Of a stretch of 64,000 nucleotides of DNA, positions 36,626 to 50,055 are shown piece after piece; position 1 is the first letter of the stretch, and each line of letters opens with the position of its first letter. The position numbers and the translations under genes are program-made. Below the pieces are notes generated by a model. The model searched no databases. It saw nothing but the letters and a program-made list of their open reading frames with translations, and was not told the origin of the DNA. Source of the DNA: Scyliorhinus canicula (taxonomy: Eukaryota); NCBI RefSeq assembly GCF_902713615.1, contig NC_052155.1, forward strand, positions 182,102,255-182,166,254, in the 5' to 3' direction.

Positions 36626-37369
36626 CAGTGATGGGCAACCTGTGGTTCGGTGGCCACGTGTGGCATATCTGGATTCTGAGTGCAGACCATGAGACACTTT
36701 GTTGACCGTTGCCCAGGAGCTGGGTGCCGGGTTCCGCTGATTTCCTTCCCACCGGTATGCTGAAGTAACACTCACGTAAAACGAGGGCCAGTGAAGTGAG
36801 GTGTGAGCTGATTGCTCACAACATTGACTGTGAGGGCCGCGCGCTCCCTCTGTGTCCAAAGTGTGAATATTTATTTTGTTTTTACCATTTGATGTTTACG
36901 ACAGTTCTAGTAACATACAAATGATTTAACATTTTCTGTCAGTCACTCAGTATGAAATATTCGTAGGAACATAGAATTTAGTGTGCAGGAGACCATTCGG
37001 CCCATCGAGTCTGCATCGGCCCTTAGAAAGAGCACGCTACCCAAGCACACACCTCCACACTACCCCCCATAATCCAGTAACTCCACCCCACCCAACCCAG
37101 CCTGCACATCCTTCTACTGTGGGAGGAAAGCGGAGCACCCGGAGGAAACCCACGCAGACACGGGGAGAACGTGCAGACTCCGCACAGACAGTGACCCAAG
37201 CCGGGAATCGAACCCGGGACCCTGGAGCTGTGAAACAACTGTGCTAACCACTGTGCTACTCACATGTGTATTAAATGTATTTAATCTTATTCATGGTCAG
37301 TGGACAAACCATATTTCAATCTTGTGGCCCACTGAGATGAAGGAGGGCTACTCAATAGCCCACTCACTG
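36626..37369. mobile_element. hAT MITE with nested HE1 SINE
   Basis: Termini CAGTGATGGGC / GCCCACTCACTG; perfect 8-bp TSD TTATAGGC (36618-36625, 37370-37377). Confidence 0.85.
36968..37259 (-). mobile_element. HE1 SINE
   Basis: Head, core and tail on the minus strand. Confidence 0.87.
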
Positions 37370-37674
37370 TTATAGGCTCTTTGCTTTGGCTCATGTACCC
37401 AGGGAAGACCCTGTGAAGGATTGGGCTGCAGGTGAATGCTCTTTCTGTTGCTCATAGTATGGGTTCAATCTCCGTGTTTTTAAAGACTACCAACGTGGAA
37501 TTGTTCTGTGTTTGACTATGTGAGTCAGTTTACTATTGATGCTCACTGTGCTTGGTTAAGCCTGGGTACGCACTTAGAGAAAAAGTAAACAAACTGCAGA
37601 AAGAACTGGAAGCCAGAGCTGAAGGATGGAGCAGACATTTTAAAACACTGTGAATAAAGGCTGGAACACACATT

Positions 37675-38460
37675 GGGCAGGATTTCTGGCCCGGGTTTCC
37701 TGATTTTCCACCCCTAACTGGTGACGTCACAAAGTTCACATTTTAGCATTGATGTGAGGATGGGCCCCAAAATCTGATGGCTTCATGACTCTGGATTGAT
37801 GTCAGACTCCAACGTTAGCAGATTGAAACGACATTGCATGGACATGACAATAGTGGAGTAAATTAAACCTTGACGTACTCCGAACAATAAGTTAACGTCA
37901 CGATGGACGCGACTCAGCGACCACGTTACGCTCAGGGCGGATCCAGGTGCAAAGGAGGAATCGCCTGACAGCCCCAAATCGGGCTTCGCGCTGGGCCGAT
38001 TGTGAGTCGCCCAACTCACTCCACCCGGCGCGATCTGGATCTGCATATTTAAATTAGCCATCGTGCACCCAGCACCTGGGAGTCAACAGGCACACCTGGG
38101 AGAACTCGGCAGGGCTCAATCCAGCACTGGTTTCCGAAACGTGGACCAGGCGTGACAACACCTCGGGGGCTCTCGCAGGCCATCGGAGACCACTGGGTGG
38201 GTGGGGACAGGGCAAGTTGATACACTGGCACCTCCCCCGGCCAGGGGCATTGTCAGGGTGGCAGGTTGGCAGTGGCAGGGATCAATGGGAGGTCAATAAA
38301 GCCGGGGGGGGGGGGGGGGGGGGGGGGGGGTTGTGTCTGAAAGGGGGAGGGGGACGGCGCAGAGATCGGACTGGCCTCCAGAACCACAGCACGATCTACG
38401 AGGAGATGGCCCTGCTGAGTAAAGTGTGAATTCTGTCACGCCTTCTCCGATCTCTCGGTG
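37675..38460. mobile_element. Decayed Harbinger-like element(s)
   Basis: GGGCAGGATTT terminus and internal GCGATCTGGATCT ... CATATTTAAAT shared with 33350-33410. Confidence 0.5.
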
Positions 38461-38564
38461 TTCTTTTTATAATATTGAAACCAGAAATATGCACAATATC
38501 CTTAAAGTGTGGTCCAAACAAGGTTCGATAGAAGCTGAACTTAAATTTCTCTGCTTTTCAATGG

Positions 38565-38645
38565 CTGTGTGTGTCTGTGTGTGTGTGTGAACGCACGTGT
38601 CTCTGTGTGTGTGTGTGTGTGTGCACATACGTGTCTGTGTGTGTT
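38565..38645 (+). repeat. Imperfect (TG)n microsatellite
   Basis: Visible dinucleotide repeat. Confidence 0.85.
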
Positions 38646-39974
38646 TATGGCCTTGTTAACCAGTGCAACTATTTTTACCATTTGCTGTTGCATGTCTCTA
38701 ACATGCTCTGATGCCAACAAATGATCCAGTATAATTTTAATTTGGTGCTCTGCACTTCAGTAAATATATGTCGCCTTTTCCCGCAACTTCCCTACGCTGA
38801 AGGAGTTAATGTGATTAAAATACTAACGAGGCACAGAATCCTGGTTGATTCAAGGGGATTCTTTTTTGTCATGCCTCTCTCCCCCGCTACTCACCATCAA
38901 CACTCCCTTCCAACCTGCAGCCCCCGCCTCCTCCACCTCCCCCCCCCACAATCCACCTCCCCCCCCGCCTCCCTCCAACCCCCCCCCCCCCCCCCCCCCC
39001 CCACCCCCAGCAGCCGCCACCCCACGCTCTCCTCGTCTTTCTGCCTGGTCACAATATAAGTGTCAGTGGATACATAAAACAAAATCAGGAACATAAATAC
39101 TCATCTCATCACTGGGCGTAGTATAACATAATGGTGAATACTCTTCCTCCTCCATTGCCCCAGGCCTGCTTGAGTTTAAATAGCACAGAGAAAGCTCCTC
39201 GCACACAAAAGAAACTAATAACCAGATTCTTGACTTAATACAAATCTAAGGGTCACCAAGGATTGCACTGTCAAGGGACTGGGGTCAGAGGTCAAACTGA
39301 CCAATACTGAGCAAATTACATTTGTTTGAATGATCCTCCTCTGAGCTGGTATTGATAGGGCCTACACGACTTTTTTTTTAACCAACTGATTGATACATGC
39401 TGCCATTTACAGTTAATGGACAGAAAGGAGGGATAGAGAAATGACAGACTACCTACCTGTCAGTTTATGTGATCTGTCTACAGATAGGTGGCATGTCTTC
39501 CCCAGAGGAAATGTTTGAATGATGAAATCAATTTTGGACAAAAAAAAGCCCATCTTGGAGACACCAGCTTCCCATAGCAGAATCTATAAAGCAAGAGTCT
39601 TCAAAATTCTCATTAATAAGAAGGCCATATGGGAAGACAGATTACCGAGTCCAAGCAGGAGAATGGCTGCCCCTCTGCAGCAAGGCAAGGATGAACCCAA
39701 TTAATCTTTAGTTTCCCAACTGGGGACGATATGAAATGGTTAGGAAGGGAGGAATGCGCAGGACGACTCATCCTTGACATTTTGGATCACCAAGTCGTTG
39801 GTTATTGAAGCTGTATAGTAAAATGTATAGCTGGAAAATCATGAACAGTGATTATTCAATCGGACATGCCTCCAGACCTCTTCATGAGCAACATACAACC
39901 TTACACATGATCTGACCCTCTAAATGATTCAGCGCAACATTACGTATGTAGGAAACAAAATATTGTAATCCGAC

Positions 39975-40324
39975 GGGGCGGCACGGTGGCACAGTGGTTA
40001 GCACTGCTGCCTCACAGCTCCAGGGTCTCAGGTTTGATTCCCGGCTCGGGTCACTCTCTCTGTGGAGTTTTCACTTTCGCCCCGTGTCTGCGTGGGTTTC
40101 CTCCGGGTGCCCCGGTTTCCTCCCACAGTCCAAAGGTATGCAGGTTGGGTGGATTGGCCATGCTAAATTGCCCCTGAGTGTCCAAAAGGTTTGGTGGGGT
40201 TACTGGGTTACGAGGATAGGGTGAAAGCGTGGGCGTAAGTAGGGTGCTCTTTCCAGGAGTCGGTGCAGACTCGATGGGCTGAATGGCCTCCTTCTGCACT
40301 GTAAATTCAATGGTTCAATGATTC
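39975..40324 (+). mobile_element. HE1 SINE
   Basis: Full length. Confidence 0.9.
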
Positions 40325-40867
40325 CAACAGAAAGAAAGTCATTTTAAAAAGAAATCATCACCACTTGCAGTCAATTCAGTCCAACAGAAATATCCTCCAA
40401 AAAAGGCTCCCTCCACTCCTCCCTATCTCCCTCTATCAACATATCCATCTATAGCTTTCTCTCTCAAGTACTTAATTAGCTTCTACTGAAATGCATCTGT
40501 GCTATTTACCTCAACCATTCCATGTGATAGCAAGTTCCATATTCAAAACAAAACATTATCCTGAATTCCCCATTGATTGTCAGTGACTATCTTACATTTA
40601 TGATCCCTATTTTAGTTCTCCCCTGGGGTCTGACACGGGGGAAGTGTGCCTAACTTGAATACCTCGAATAAACAGCTGGAGATTTCATCAGGAGCTCTAT
40701 TACAGGTGTGGAGGCTGAAGGGAAACATTTTTTCCTGTGCAACGCAAAAGGACTCCAGCAGATCATGTGGATGTCCATTGCAAGACCCAATTGAGAGCAA
40801 AGTCAAAGGACCGAGCCAGACCGCAAAACGGTGAGCAAACTACAAAACAAAAGACTGAAATAAGCTA

Positions 40868-41500
40868 TAATAATAATAATCTTTATTAGTGTCACAAGTC
40901 GGCTTACATTAACACTGCAATGAAGGGCAGCACGGTAGCATTGTGGATAGCACAATCGCTTCACAGCTCCAGGGTCCCAGGTTTGATTCCGGCTTGGGTC
41001 ACTGTCTGTGCGGAGTCTGCACATCCTCCCCGTGTGTGCGTGGGTTTCCTCCGGGTGCTCCGGTTTCCTCCCACAGTCCAAAGATGTGCAGGTTAGGTGG
41101 ATTGGCCATGATAAATTGCCGTTAGTGTCCAAAATTGCCCTGAGTGTTGGGTGGTGTTACTGAGTTATGGGGATAGGGTGGAGGTGTTGCCCTTGGGTAG
41201 GGTGCTCTTTCCAAGAGCTGGTGCAGACTCGATGGGCCGAATGGCCTCCTTCTGCACTGTAAATTCTATGAAAGTTACTGTGAAAATCCCCTATCGCCAC
41301 ATTCTGGCATGTGTTTGGAGACACAGAGGGAGAATTCAGTATGTATACTTCACCTAACAAGCGCGTCTTCTGGGACTTGTGGGAGGAAACCGGAGCACCC
41401 GGAGGAAACCCACGCAGACACGGGGAGAACGTGCAGACTCCACACAGACAGTAACCCAAGCCGGGAATTGAACCTGGGCTCCTTATGCTACCATGCCACC
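40868..41500 (-). mobile_element. Alternative-tail V-SINE split by an HE1 insertion
   Basis: The tail (40868-40925) rejoins at 41272 (AAGTTACTGTGAAA...). Confidence 0.82.
40925..41271 (+). mobile_element. HE1 SINE (nested)
   Basis: Full length, close to consensus. Confidence 0.92.
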
Positions 41501-43188
41501 CAGTGAGCAATTAAGCATAATAACCAGGGCAGCACTGGCAGACCCATCGTTTTAATGAGCGGGGCTTGAAGAACGCTTCAGCTTGGATCCAGAGCGGCAT
41601 CAGAACACAAAGTGACCGTGTGCGAATGGAAACCCCCCCCCCCCCCCCCCAGAGAAATCAGAGTAAAAAATCGGGTCAAATCAATTCTTTAAGCTCAGGA
41701 AAGCAACCGGCTGCCCAAAACAACTCATTCAAAAGATTTTCTGCAAAATCGCTGAATTTTAAAATGGCTCCACAACCACGTCAGGAACCAACAAATCCTC
41801 ACAGGCACGCAAAGAGAAAAAAAAAGGTAAATGCTTACTGGGCCACCATTTTCTTTTTTAAAAAGCTGCACTCCCCCATGCTTAAAACATCCATGGATGG
41901 TAAATCAACACTGCCAGGGCAACGAAGGCCAGTGGAAGGACCAGACCAAGAGCAAGCTTGAACATTATTGAGAAGAAGAATCTGAAGATATATGATAGCA
42001 TCAGGCTTGGATTAACAAGTAAATTCGCTATTGTAGTCAGTCAGTCCAATAGCTGATGACATAATTACGCGACAAGAAATAAATGAATCTTCCAATAACT
42101 TTGAAGAGGTGGTGAAGTCCATTGGCACCTAATTTAACCTAAGAAGCTTTGGAGCTAACAAAACATAACAAAGGTCCGGGAAACCCATAAATTCTTTCAC
42201 ACATTTTAGCTGAAAGACTGTGACTATGATAACCTTAAATTGGAGCTAATAAGAAACCCATTAGTAGTGGCACTGGCCGATGATATTGTTTTCAATGTAC
42301 TCCAATCTAAAGAAGACCAGAGTTTTGGAAAAAGCCATCCAAATCGTCCGACAATCAGAAGTCCGCATAATGAAGTTAAACCATGCCACAGAGCAGCCCC
42401 AACAGTCCAACTCATAAAGTAACAACAGGGCAAGGAGGCTCCAGAGCAAGGAAAGCAATACCCAAGCAAAACACAAGATGGTGGCAGATGATATCTGCGG
42501 TGCCAAGAGATCTCCCAGCCGTAAGTAGTGTCCAGCAATCACCATGTACTTGCTTTCACTGCAACCGCCTGGAAAGGTATGTCAGTACAAAATCTTGAGA
42601 TGTGCAGAGGCTACCAACTGAGTCCATGAGTTAGATGAGCCACAGCCAGAAGGAGTCCAACAGTGTTTCTTGGGAGAAATTAAGGGTCTAAGACTCACAT
42701 TTTGGAATGCTGACAATTGGTAAATGGTCACCTCATGAATTTCAAATGAGACACAAGAGCCAATGGTCCTGTCTGATAAAGGAACCATGGCTGGTTCAGC
42801 CAGGAGTGAAACCACCTACCACACAGTTATATGGTCCAGGAGGTCTCAAGCTCCAGGTCAAAGGTATGTCGCAAGCAGTGCTCCGATATAGAAACAAGTA
42901 TGCAAGACATTATATGTGTTCCAAAACCAGGAATTTTCCCTCCTGAGCAGAAAAGCCTGTGTCGGCTTCAACCTCATCCAAAAGATCGACAAGATTAACC
43001 AGCACGGATATCGTTCCGGTTTTAACAAGGGTTTTCCAAAACCTTTTACAGGGCTGGGCTGACTGAATAACTGAGAAATGACGCCGAAGCTTGTTTACGC
43101 CACAAAAAATTCTGCAGGTGCTCAGAAAGCAAGTACAACAGCAGCTTGATGAGGTCCTCCGTCATTCCGTCAACAGAATGGGTGTTCC

Positions 43189-43773
43189 ATGATGGAGCCA
43201 ATTCCAAAGCCAGGTGGGTCCATTTGCGGCTGTATTGACCTGGCGCAACTCCACAAGGCAGTGGTGAGGGAAATCCACCCAATGTTCTCGGCGGACGACA
43301 GCTTGACCAAACTCTCCAATAGCACAGCCTTCTCAAAACTTGATGCCAACAGCAGCCTCTGGCAGACTCCGTTAGACAAAATATCTAAGATGCTGACAAC
43401 TTTTATCACCCCATTTGGCAGATTCTGCTTCAGCCATTTGTCCTTCAGCATTACCTTGGCACCCGGAAATTTTCAGCGCGCGCTGTCGGTCATCTTTCAA
43501 GGACTTACAGGAGTCATCTGCCATATGGATGATGTCCTTGCCCATGATATGATTGTTGAGGAACATGATAGTAGACTCACAGCTCTCTTGAAACACACGG
43601 AGGAAGCAGGATTAACGCCGTATGGTCAGTGTGTGTCCTCTAAGACTTCCATTCAATCATTAGGTCATATCGTGAGTAGCAAAGGCATCATTGTGAACCA
43701 TGGACCAAAGGCAATTAGTGAGTTTACAACCGGTCATCCATTCCAGACCTCCAAAGATTCCTGGGTATGGTGA
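43189..43773 (+). pseudogene. pol: Gypsy reverse transcriptase remnant
   Basis: FSKLDANS..WQ ... LTTFITPFGRFCF ... FQR ... CHMDDVL. Confidence 0.9.
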
Positions 43774-44809
43774 ACCAGTTGGCAAAATTTCTGCCCAACT
43801 TGGCGCAGGCCTCAGAGCCACTGTAATACCTTTGCAAAAAGGCCCAAGTGTGGTGTTTGCATTTAAACCGATGACAATCAAAGATATGCTACCACCAACC
43901 TGTATACTTGGACATCACAAAATGCAGAGCATGAGCCCAGTCTGTAGTGTGGTGCCGGCAATACCTCGAGCAATTGAAGAGATGATTTTAAACTGCCAGC
44001 TGTGCAGGCTGCAGAAACCAGTTCAAAGGCAGCCACTTATTCCCATCGGATCGTGGGAACATTTGGGATAGAACCGATTCATATGTAACGGCAAGCCCTT
44101 CCTCCTCATTGTTGACTATTTCTCTTGGTGAATCTAAGGGAAGCGATTGCACACAATGACCACAGATTTGGTCATTAGGTCCTTGAAATAACTGTTTGTG
44201 ATCCAGGGCACCCCGGATGAGGTGGTGTCCAACAACAGCCCCCACGTTAATGAGTGCTTCACTCATTTTGCCAGGAATTGCAGATTTCAAATTTCAACAC
44301 CTCACCAGCTTTCCGAGGTATCCACAATGTAACGGTAAGGTGGAAGGGGACGTCCGCACTATTCATATCCTCTTGAAGAAAAATGGTGGCTTTTCAACGG
44401 TGCTTTTGACATATAGATCCACCTACAGCAATGTGGATTTGCCCCAACAAAAATAAACACTCATCTTCCCATGTTGCCGAAGAAATGAATCCCAGGGCTG
44501 ACAATCAGGAAGTATCAGGAGGTTTAGGACCAAGAACAATCCTACAGATAGTGATGTGCTTCCGCTAAAATGGGAGGTGCCATATCAGAAACCTGTATAG
44601 GCTAAACATAGCGACAAGGTTTGGAACAGGGACCTTAACAGAGATGGCGCCATTGTTCTCAGGGATGAAGATCATTGCTGATCCTACTTTATACATACCC
44701 CAGAAGGCACAATCAGATAGAACACAATACATCTTCTCATTTCTCATGGTGAACGTCTTATTATACATTTAAGCATGTAAGCGAACTAGATATTGAAACC
44801 CAAATAATT

Positions 44810-44980
44810 GAAATGCTAAGTAATAATCGCTTATTATCACAAGTAGGCTTCAATGAAGTTACTGTGAACAGCCCCAAGTCTCCACATTCCGGGGCCTGTT
44901 CGGGGAGGCTGGCATGGGAATTGACCCCGTGCTGCTGGCCTTGTTCTGCATTACAAGCCAGCTGTTTAGCCCACTGTGCT
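44810..44980 (-). mobile_element. tRNA-derived SINE (GGGCTGGTTTAGC family), partial
   Basis: Reverse complement of 1020-1212. Confidence 0.75.
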
Positions 44981-45215
44981 CAGTACAACTACAACACGAG
45001 ACTAACAAACTCAGCCTAAGCAGCTGATACTGCTACTCCTTCAACTGAAAAGGAAGAGACTTTGAAGAGTCATAAAGCCTGTCTGAACCTGTAAAGTCAG
45101 TGATTTGGAGGGGGAAGTAGGGATAGCATGTTAATATTATTGTAAAATGCAGTTGGGTATGTAGTGATATGTATAGACAAGTAAAGGGTGAATGATGACA
45201 TCTCAGTGTAACACA

Positions 45216-45233
45216 GCCACTAGAGGGCAGCAC
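45216..45233 (+). promoter_or_regulatory. Candidate CTCF site within LTR
   Basis: GCCACTAGAGGGCAGCAC matches the vertebrate CTCF core CCACYAGRKGGCRS. Confidence 0.5.
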
Positions 45234-45270
45234 TAGATCCCACTATAAATATGAGAACTCAAAGGATCTT

Positions 45271-45997
45271 GGGCGCGATTCTCCGCCCCCCACGACGGGT
45301 CGGAGAATAGCGGGAGGGCCTTCCCGAGATTTTTCCCGCCCTCCCGCTATTCTCCCCCCCCCCCCCCCGCCCAACTCCCGACACGAATCGCCGCCGCCGT
45401 TTTTTTACGGCCGGCAGCGATTCACAGCTGATAGATGGGCCGAAGTCCCAGCCCTTTACGCTGTTTTTACGAACGGCAAACACACCTGGTCTGGCCGTTC
45501 GTAAAAACGGCGGGAACAACTCGCTTTTTATAACCATGGCACCGATTGGCACGGCAGTACCACGGCCATGCCAAGGGTGCCATGGGCCCGCGATCGGTGG
45601 GCACCGATCGCGGGCAGCGGGCCCGATGCCCGTGCACTATTTCTCCTTCTGCCGCCCCACAGTATCCATTCGCGGGGCGGCTGAGGGGCATCCCGGCCCG
45701 CGCATGCGCGGGTTTCGCGCAAATACGCGATGACGTCATCCGCGCATGCGCGGGTTGGAGTCTTCCAATCCGCGCATGCGCGGCTGACGTCATATGACGC
45801 GTCAGCTGGCGCTAACTCCGGCAAGCGGGCTTAACGAAATTCGTTAAGCCCGTGATGCCGGAGCTTACGGCGTCGGGCTGCTAGCCCCGACCAGGGACCA
45901 GAATCGGTTCCCGGTCGGGAAGGGGCGCGCTGGCGTCAAACCCGCCCGGGTTTGACGCCAGCCTTACGATTTCTCCCGTTTTGGGAGTATCGCGCCC
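45271..45997 (-). mobile_element. PIF/Harbinger non-autonomous element inserted in LTR
   Basis: TIRs GGGCGCGATTCTCC / GGAGTATCGCGCCC; TSD CTT; inverted paralog of 6516-7237. Confidence 0.9.
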
Positions 45998-46677
45998 CTT
46001 GGGTCTCTTCCAACCAGGAGCGACCAGACATCAGAATGTTAGAGATAAATTAGTTAATACATTAATATAGATTACTTGATTACTAGTTATAGTTCTGTAG
46101 AGTGTGTGAACTCAATATTAATCAAATCGTTATTCAATAAATTTGTTTTTCTTTTAGTTGAAGATTGTTGGTTACTTCAGAATCAAACCATCAGACCATT
46201 CTGAATATAAAAGCAAAGAGTAATGATGTATTACCAAAGAGCAACATAACAGGGTACAGATTAGGGGAGGTTTGGTTAAAGGATGTCCAGGGTTAATGAA
46301 GGACTGAGGAAAGCATTTTTGCTGTTCTTCCCACATCTTGCAGTGCACAAGACATACTTGCTTCTGTCCCCATAGCGAGGTTTTTCCTGAAACAGATGGC
46401 TCGCCTGTCACCAGAGGTTTATATCTTGAAAGGGCGCCTCTCCAGTGAAGGGCGGCTGGCTAGGAGTAACCCCCATGCTTACCACCTGCTATTGGCATGT
46501 TGGAAGGGTTCTGCAGGTTGATAGCCTTATGAATGCATTATGAATGCATCTTCCTTGGTCATCAGGTCCTGGGGCGGGACTCAAAGGCAAACCCTCTGAC
46601 TCAGATGCAGGGACGCTAAGCCACTGCACCACAAGACCTCCATACTAGGGAAACAGTACCACCCACATTATATTTCA

Positions 46678-47205
46678 GGAGACATGGTGGCATAGTGGTA
46701 ACATCACTGGACTTATAATCCAGAGATACGTTGATGCTCTGGGGGCATGGGTTCAAACCTCACCATGGAGGTGGAATTTAAATTCAATGAATAGACTGTG
46801 GAATTCAAAGCTTGTTTCAGGAACGGTGCCCATGGAACTATCATCAATTGTTATTTAGGAGAGGCGGTGGTGTAGTGGCATTGTCACTGGACTAATAATC
46901 TAGATACCTTGCAAAATGCTCTGGGGACCTGGATTCAAATCCTGCCGTGGCAGAGAGTAAAATTTGAATTCAGTAAAAATCTGGAATTAAAAGTCTAATA
47001 TTGACCATGAGTTGTTGAGAAAAATCCATCTGTCTTTTAGAGTGGGAAATCTGCTGACCTTTCCTGGTCTGGCCGACATGTGACTCCAGATCCATGTGGT
47101 TGACTCATACGATGGCCTCTGAAATGGTCCAGCGAGCCAGTTCAGGGCAATTATGGATGGGCAATAAATGCTGGCTCAGCCAGCGATGCCCACATCCAAT
47201 GAACA
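46678..47205 (+). mobile_element. Two tandem older tRNA-SINEs (partial plus full)
   Basis: Same family as 29000-29460. Confidence 0.7.
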
Positions 47206-47216
47206 TTTTCTTTTAA

Positions 47217-47403
47217 TGTAGGGGTTCACATGGGAGTAGTAGAGTGTAGTGGTGAGTCTGGCAGAAAATGGCATGAAGATAACATCTAATTCGGACTGTA
47301 TCCTGTGTATATGTATATAGCTACGTGTCATGAATAAACAGTTATTGTTCAATCCATACAAACTTCCAGAACTCATCATGAGAGTACAGACAACCTCACA
47401 ACA
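47217..47403 (+). mobile_element. Possible solo LTR
   Basis: TGTAGG ... TATATA ... AATAAA ... ACAACA; no TSD found. Confidence 0.4.
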
Positions 47404-47406
47404 ACC

Positions 47407-47743
47407 TGCAGCATGGTAGCATTGTGGATAGCACAATTGCTTCAGGGTCCCAGGTTCGCTTCCGGCTTGGGTCACTGTCTGTGCGGAATCTGCACATCCT
47501 CTCCGTGTGTGTGTGGGTTTCCTCCGGGTGCTCCGGTTCCCTCCTACAGTCCAAAGGTGTGCAGGTTAGGTGGATTGGCCATGATAAATTGCCCTTAGTG
47601 TCCAAAATTGCCCTTAGTGTTGGGTGGGGTTACTGGGTTATGCGGATAGGGTGGAGGTGTTGACTTTGGATAGGGTGCTCTTTCAAAGAGCCGATGCAGA
47701 CTCGATGGGCCGAATGGCCTCCTTCTGCACTGTAAATTCTATG
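47407..47743 (+). mobile_element. HE1 SINE
   Basis: Near full length. Confidence 0.9.
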
Positions 47744-48639
47744 ATCTTTGTTGCCGTCATTGAGACCAAACTTTTCCTGCCGGCGGTAACGGCCAGAATA
47801 TCCAGCCTTAGCCGTTTTATTCTCTGGAATGAATAGTCTGTCAATGAAATCTGTTCTTGCAAATCACAAGTTGCTAATGTTTGTGAATTTCTTCCCGAAT
47901 AGAACACATTTTTCAAGGCCACAATATAACCGGCAAGGTCTCCTCCCATGCTGCCGGCACGCACTTGGCAATCGGGGTCTTGGGAAGGTTCTATTTGTAG
48001 TTAGCTCTCGGTTCCTCAATCAAGGCAGCAGGATCCATGCATTTAAGAAATGAAATGACGGAAGAGTGTGAATAAATAGTTAAGAATCAAATCAGACAAT
48101 GTTGTTGAATCAAATTCGGATTCAGCAGGAAACCTCGCTCTCAGCTGGCATGGACATTATAGGCCAAAGGGCCTCCTCCTGTGCTGGAAGTGAGATTGGG
48201 GCGTGTCGTCATTGAAGGTCCATGTCTTGTCCTGCCAGCTTTTTCTGAAAGCGAATGCAGTGTTAGGGTATATCGCATGAAAATGTAAAAGGAGAATTAT
48301 TATTCCTTCTTTGCTCAAGGTTAGAGCGTATCAAAATTATTGTAATGCGGAGGCTTTGGAAAGATCCAGAAGAGAACCACGAGATGGGTCCCTAATTAAG
48401 TGAAGATAACAAAAAGACTTGAAAGAAACTTTATAATATCTTCCATGCCCACTGGATGTCTGAAAGTTGTTGTAATGTAATGTTTGCATGTGGGGACAAT
48501 TGTCGCATAGCAATATCCAGAAATAGCAATGCGAAGGTGACCAGATTCTCCATTTTCTAAGTCCCGGTTGAGGGACGAACATTGTCCTTCCTTCTATCAT
48601 AAGGTCAGAAGTTGGGACACTCACTTATGATTGCACAAT

Positions 48640-49495
48640 GTCCAGCATCATTTGCGACACATCAGATACTACTGTCGTCCATGTCCAAATGCAACAAGAT
48701 GTGGACAATATCCAGGCTTGGGCTGACATGTGACAAGTAACATTCATGCCCCACAAGTGCCCAACAAGAGAGAATCTAATCATCAGCCCTTGACATTCAA
48801 TGTCATTACCATTGCTGAATCCCCCACTATCAACGTCCTGGGGGTTGTCATTAACCAGGAATTTAACTGGATGATGCTATAAATACTATAGTTACAAGAG
48901 CAGGTCAGGCTTTAGGAATCCTGTGGTGAGTAACTCACCTCCAGATTCCCAGAGTCTATCCACAATCTACAAGCACAAGTCAGTGGTATGATGGAATACT
49001 CTCCTCTTGCCTGAATGAGTGTATCTCCAACAACACTCCAAAAGCTCACCACCATCCAGGACAAAGTCGCCCGCTTGATGGGTGCCCCATCCACAAACAT
49101 TCACTCCATCCACCACCGATGCAAAATCTCAGCCGTGTGTAGTAGCTACAAGATACACTGTAGGAACTCACTAAGGCTCCTTAGAAGGCACCTTCTAAAC
49201 CTACAACTATTGCCATCTAAAAGGACAAGCACAGTTGAGACATAGGAAAACCATCACCTGAAAGTTCCCCTTCAAGACGCTCACCACCCTGACTTGGAAA
49301 TATATCACCTTTCCTTCTCTGACGAAGGGTCAAAATCCTGGAACTTCCTCCCTAACAGCACTGTAGGTGCACCTATACCTCAGGAACTGCAGCGGTTCAA
49401 GAATACAGCTCACCACCACCTTTTCAAGGACAATTAGGGATGGGTAATGAATGGTGACGTAGCCAGTGACGTCCACATTCCTTGAATGAATAACG
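48640..49495 (+). mobile_element. CR1-group LINE 3' fragment
   Basis: IQAWADxWQVTFxPHKC ... STIYKAQV..MEYSPLA ... LQKLTTIQDKVARL, plus tail. Confidence 0.85.
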
Positions 49496-49621
49496 ATAAA
49501 GTGGCCAAGACCCCACAGAACTCCCACGCTCTTCTTAAAAATAGTGGCCAGAACCAATTTACGTTTATGTGAAATATTTAACATTGTAAAATGTTCCAAG
49601 GCATTTAACGAGAGCAACATT

Positions 49622-49845
49622 AAAAAAACAATTTTGAGTACCCAATTAATTTTTTTCAATTAAGGGGCAATTTAGCGTGGCCAATCCACCTACCCTACAC
49701 ATCTTTGGGTTGTGGTGGCGAAACCCACGCAAACACAGGGAGAATGTGCAAACACCACACGGACAGTGACCCAGAGCCGGGATCGAACCTGGGACCTCGG
49801 CGCTGTGAGGCAGCAGGGCTAACCCACTGCATCACCATGCTGCCC
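49622..49845 (-). mobile_element. Short V-SINE variant
   Basis: Inserted in an L2 remnant, with TTTAACrAGAGCAACAT duplicated. Confidence 0.85.
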
Positions 49846-49853
49846 TTTAACAA

Positions 49854-50055
49854 TGATGTGGAGATGCCGGCGTTGGACTGGGGTGAGCACAGTAAGAAGT
49901 CTTACAACACCAGGTTAAAGTCCAACATGTTTGTTTCAAACACTAGCTTTCGGAGCACTGCTCATTCACCTGAGGAAGGAGCAGTGCTCTGAAAGCTAGT
50001 GTTTGAAACAAACATGTTGGACTTTAACCTGGTGTTGTAAGACTTCTTACTGTGC
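49854..50055. mobile_element. Penelope-like element terminal inverted repeat with hammerhead core
   Basis: 77-bp inverted arms (49887-49963, 49979-50055); CTGAGGA-AGGAGC AGT GCTCT-GAAA. Confidence 0.75.

Larger units (their letters stand above)
41590..46250 (+). mobile_element. Decayed Ty3/Gypsy LTR retrotransposon (second family; 5' LTR not seen)
   Basis: Zn-knuckle remnant at ~42490-42590; RT ORF; integrase remnants at 43900-44500 (LIVDYFS, TSFPRYPQCNGKVE); PPT GGAGGGGGAAG at ~45107; putative 3' LTR ~45118-46250. Confidence 0.8.

Noticed and set aside
40925-41000. tRNA genes
   Set aside because: The A/B-box heads continue into V-core and LINE tails, so these are SINEs, not tRNAs.
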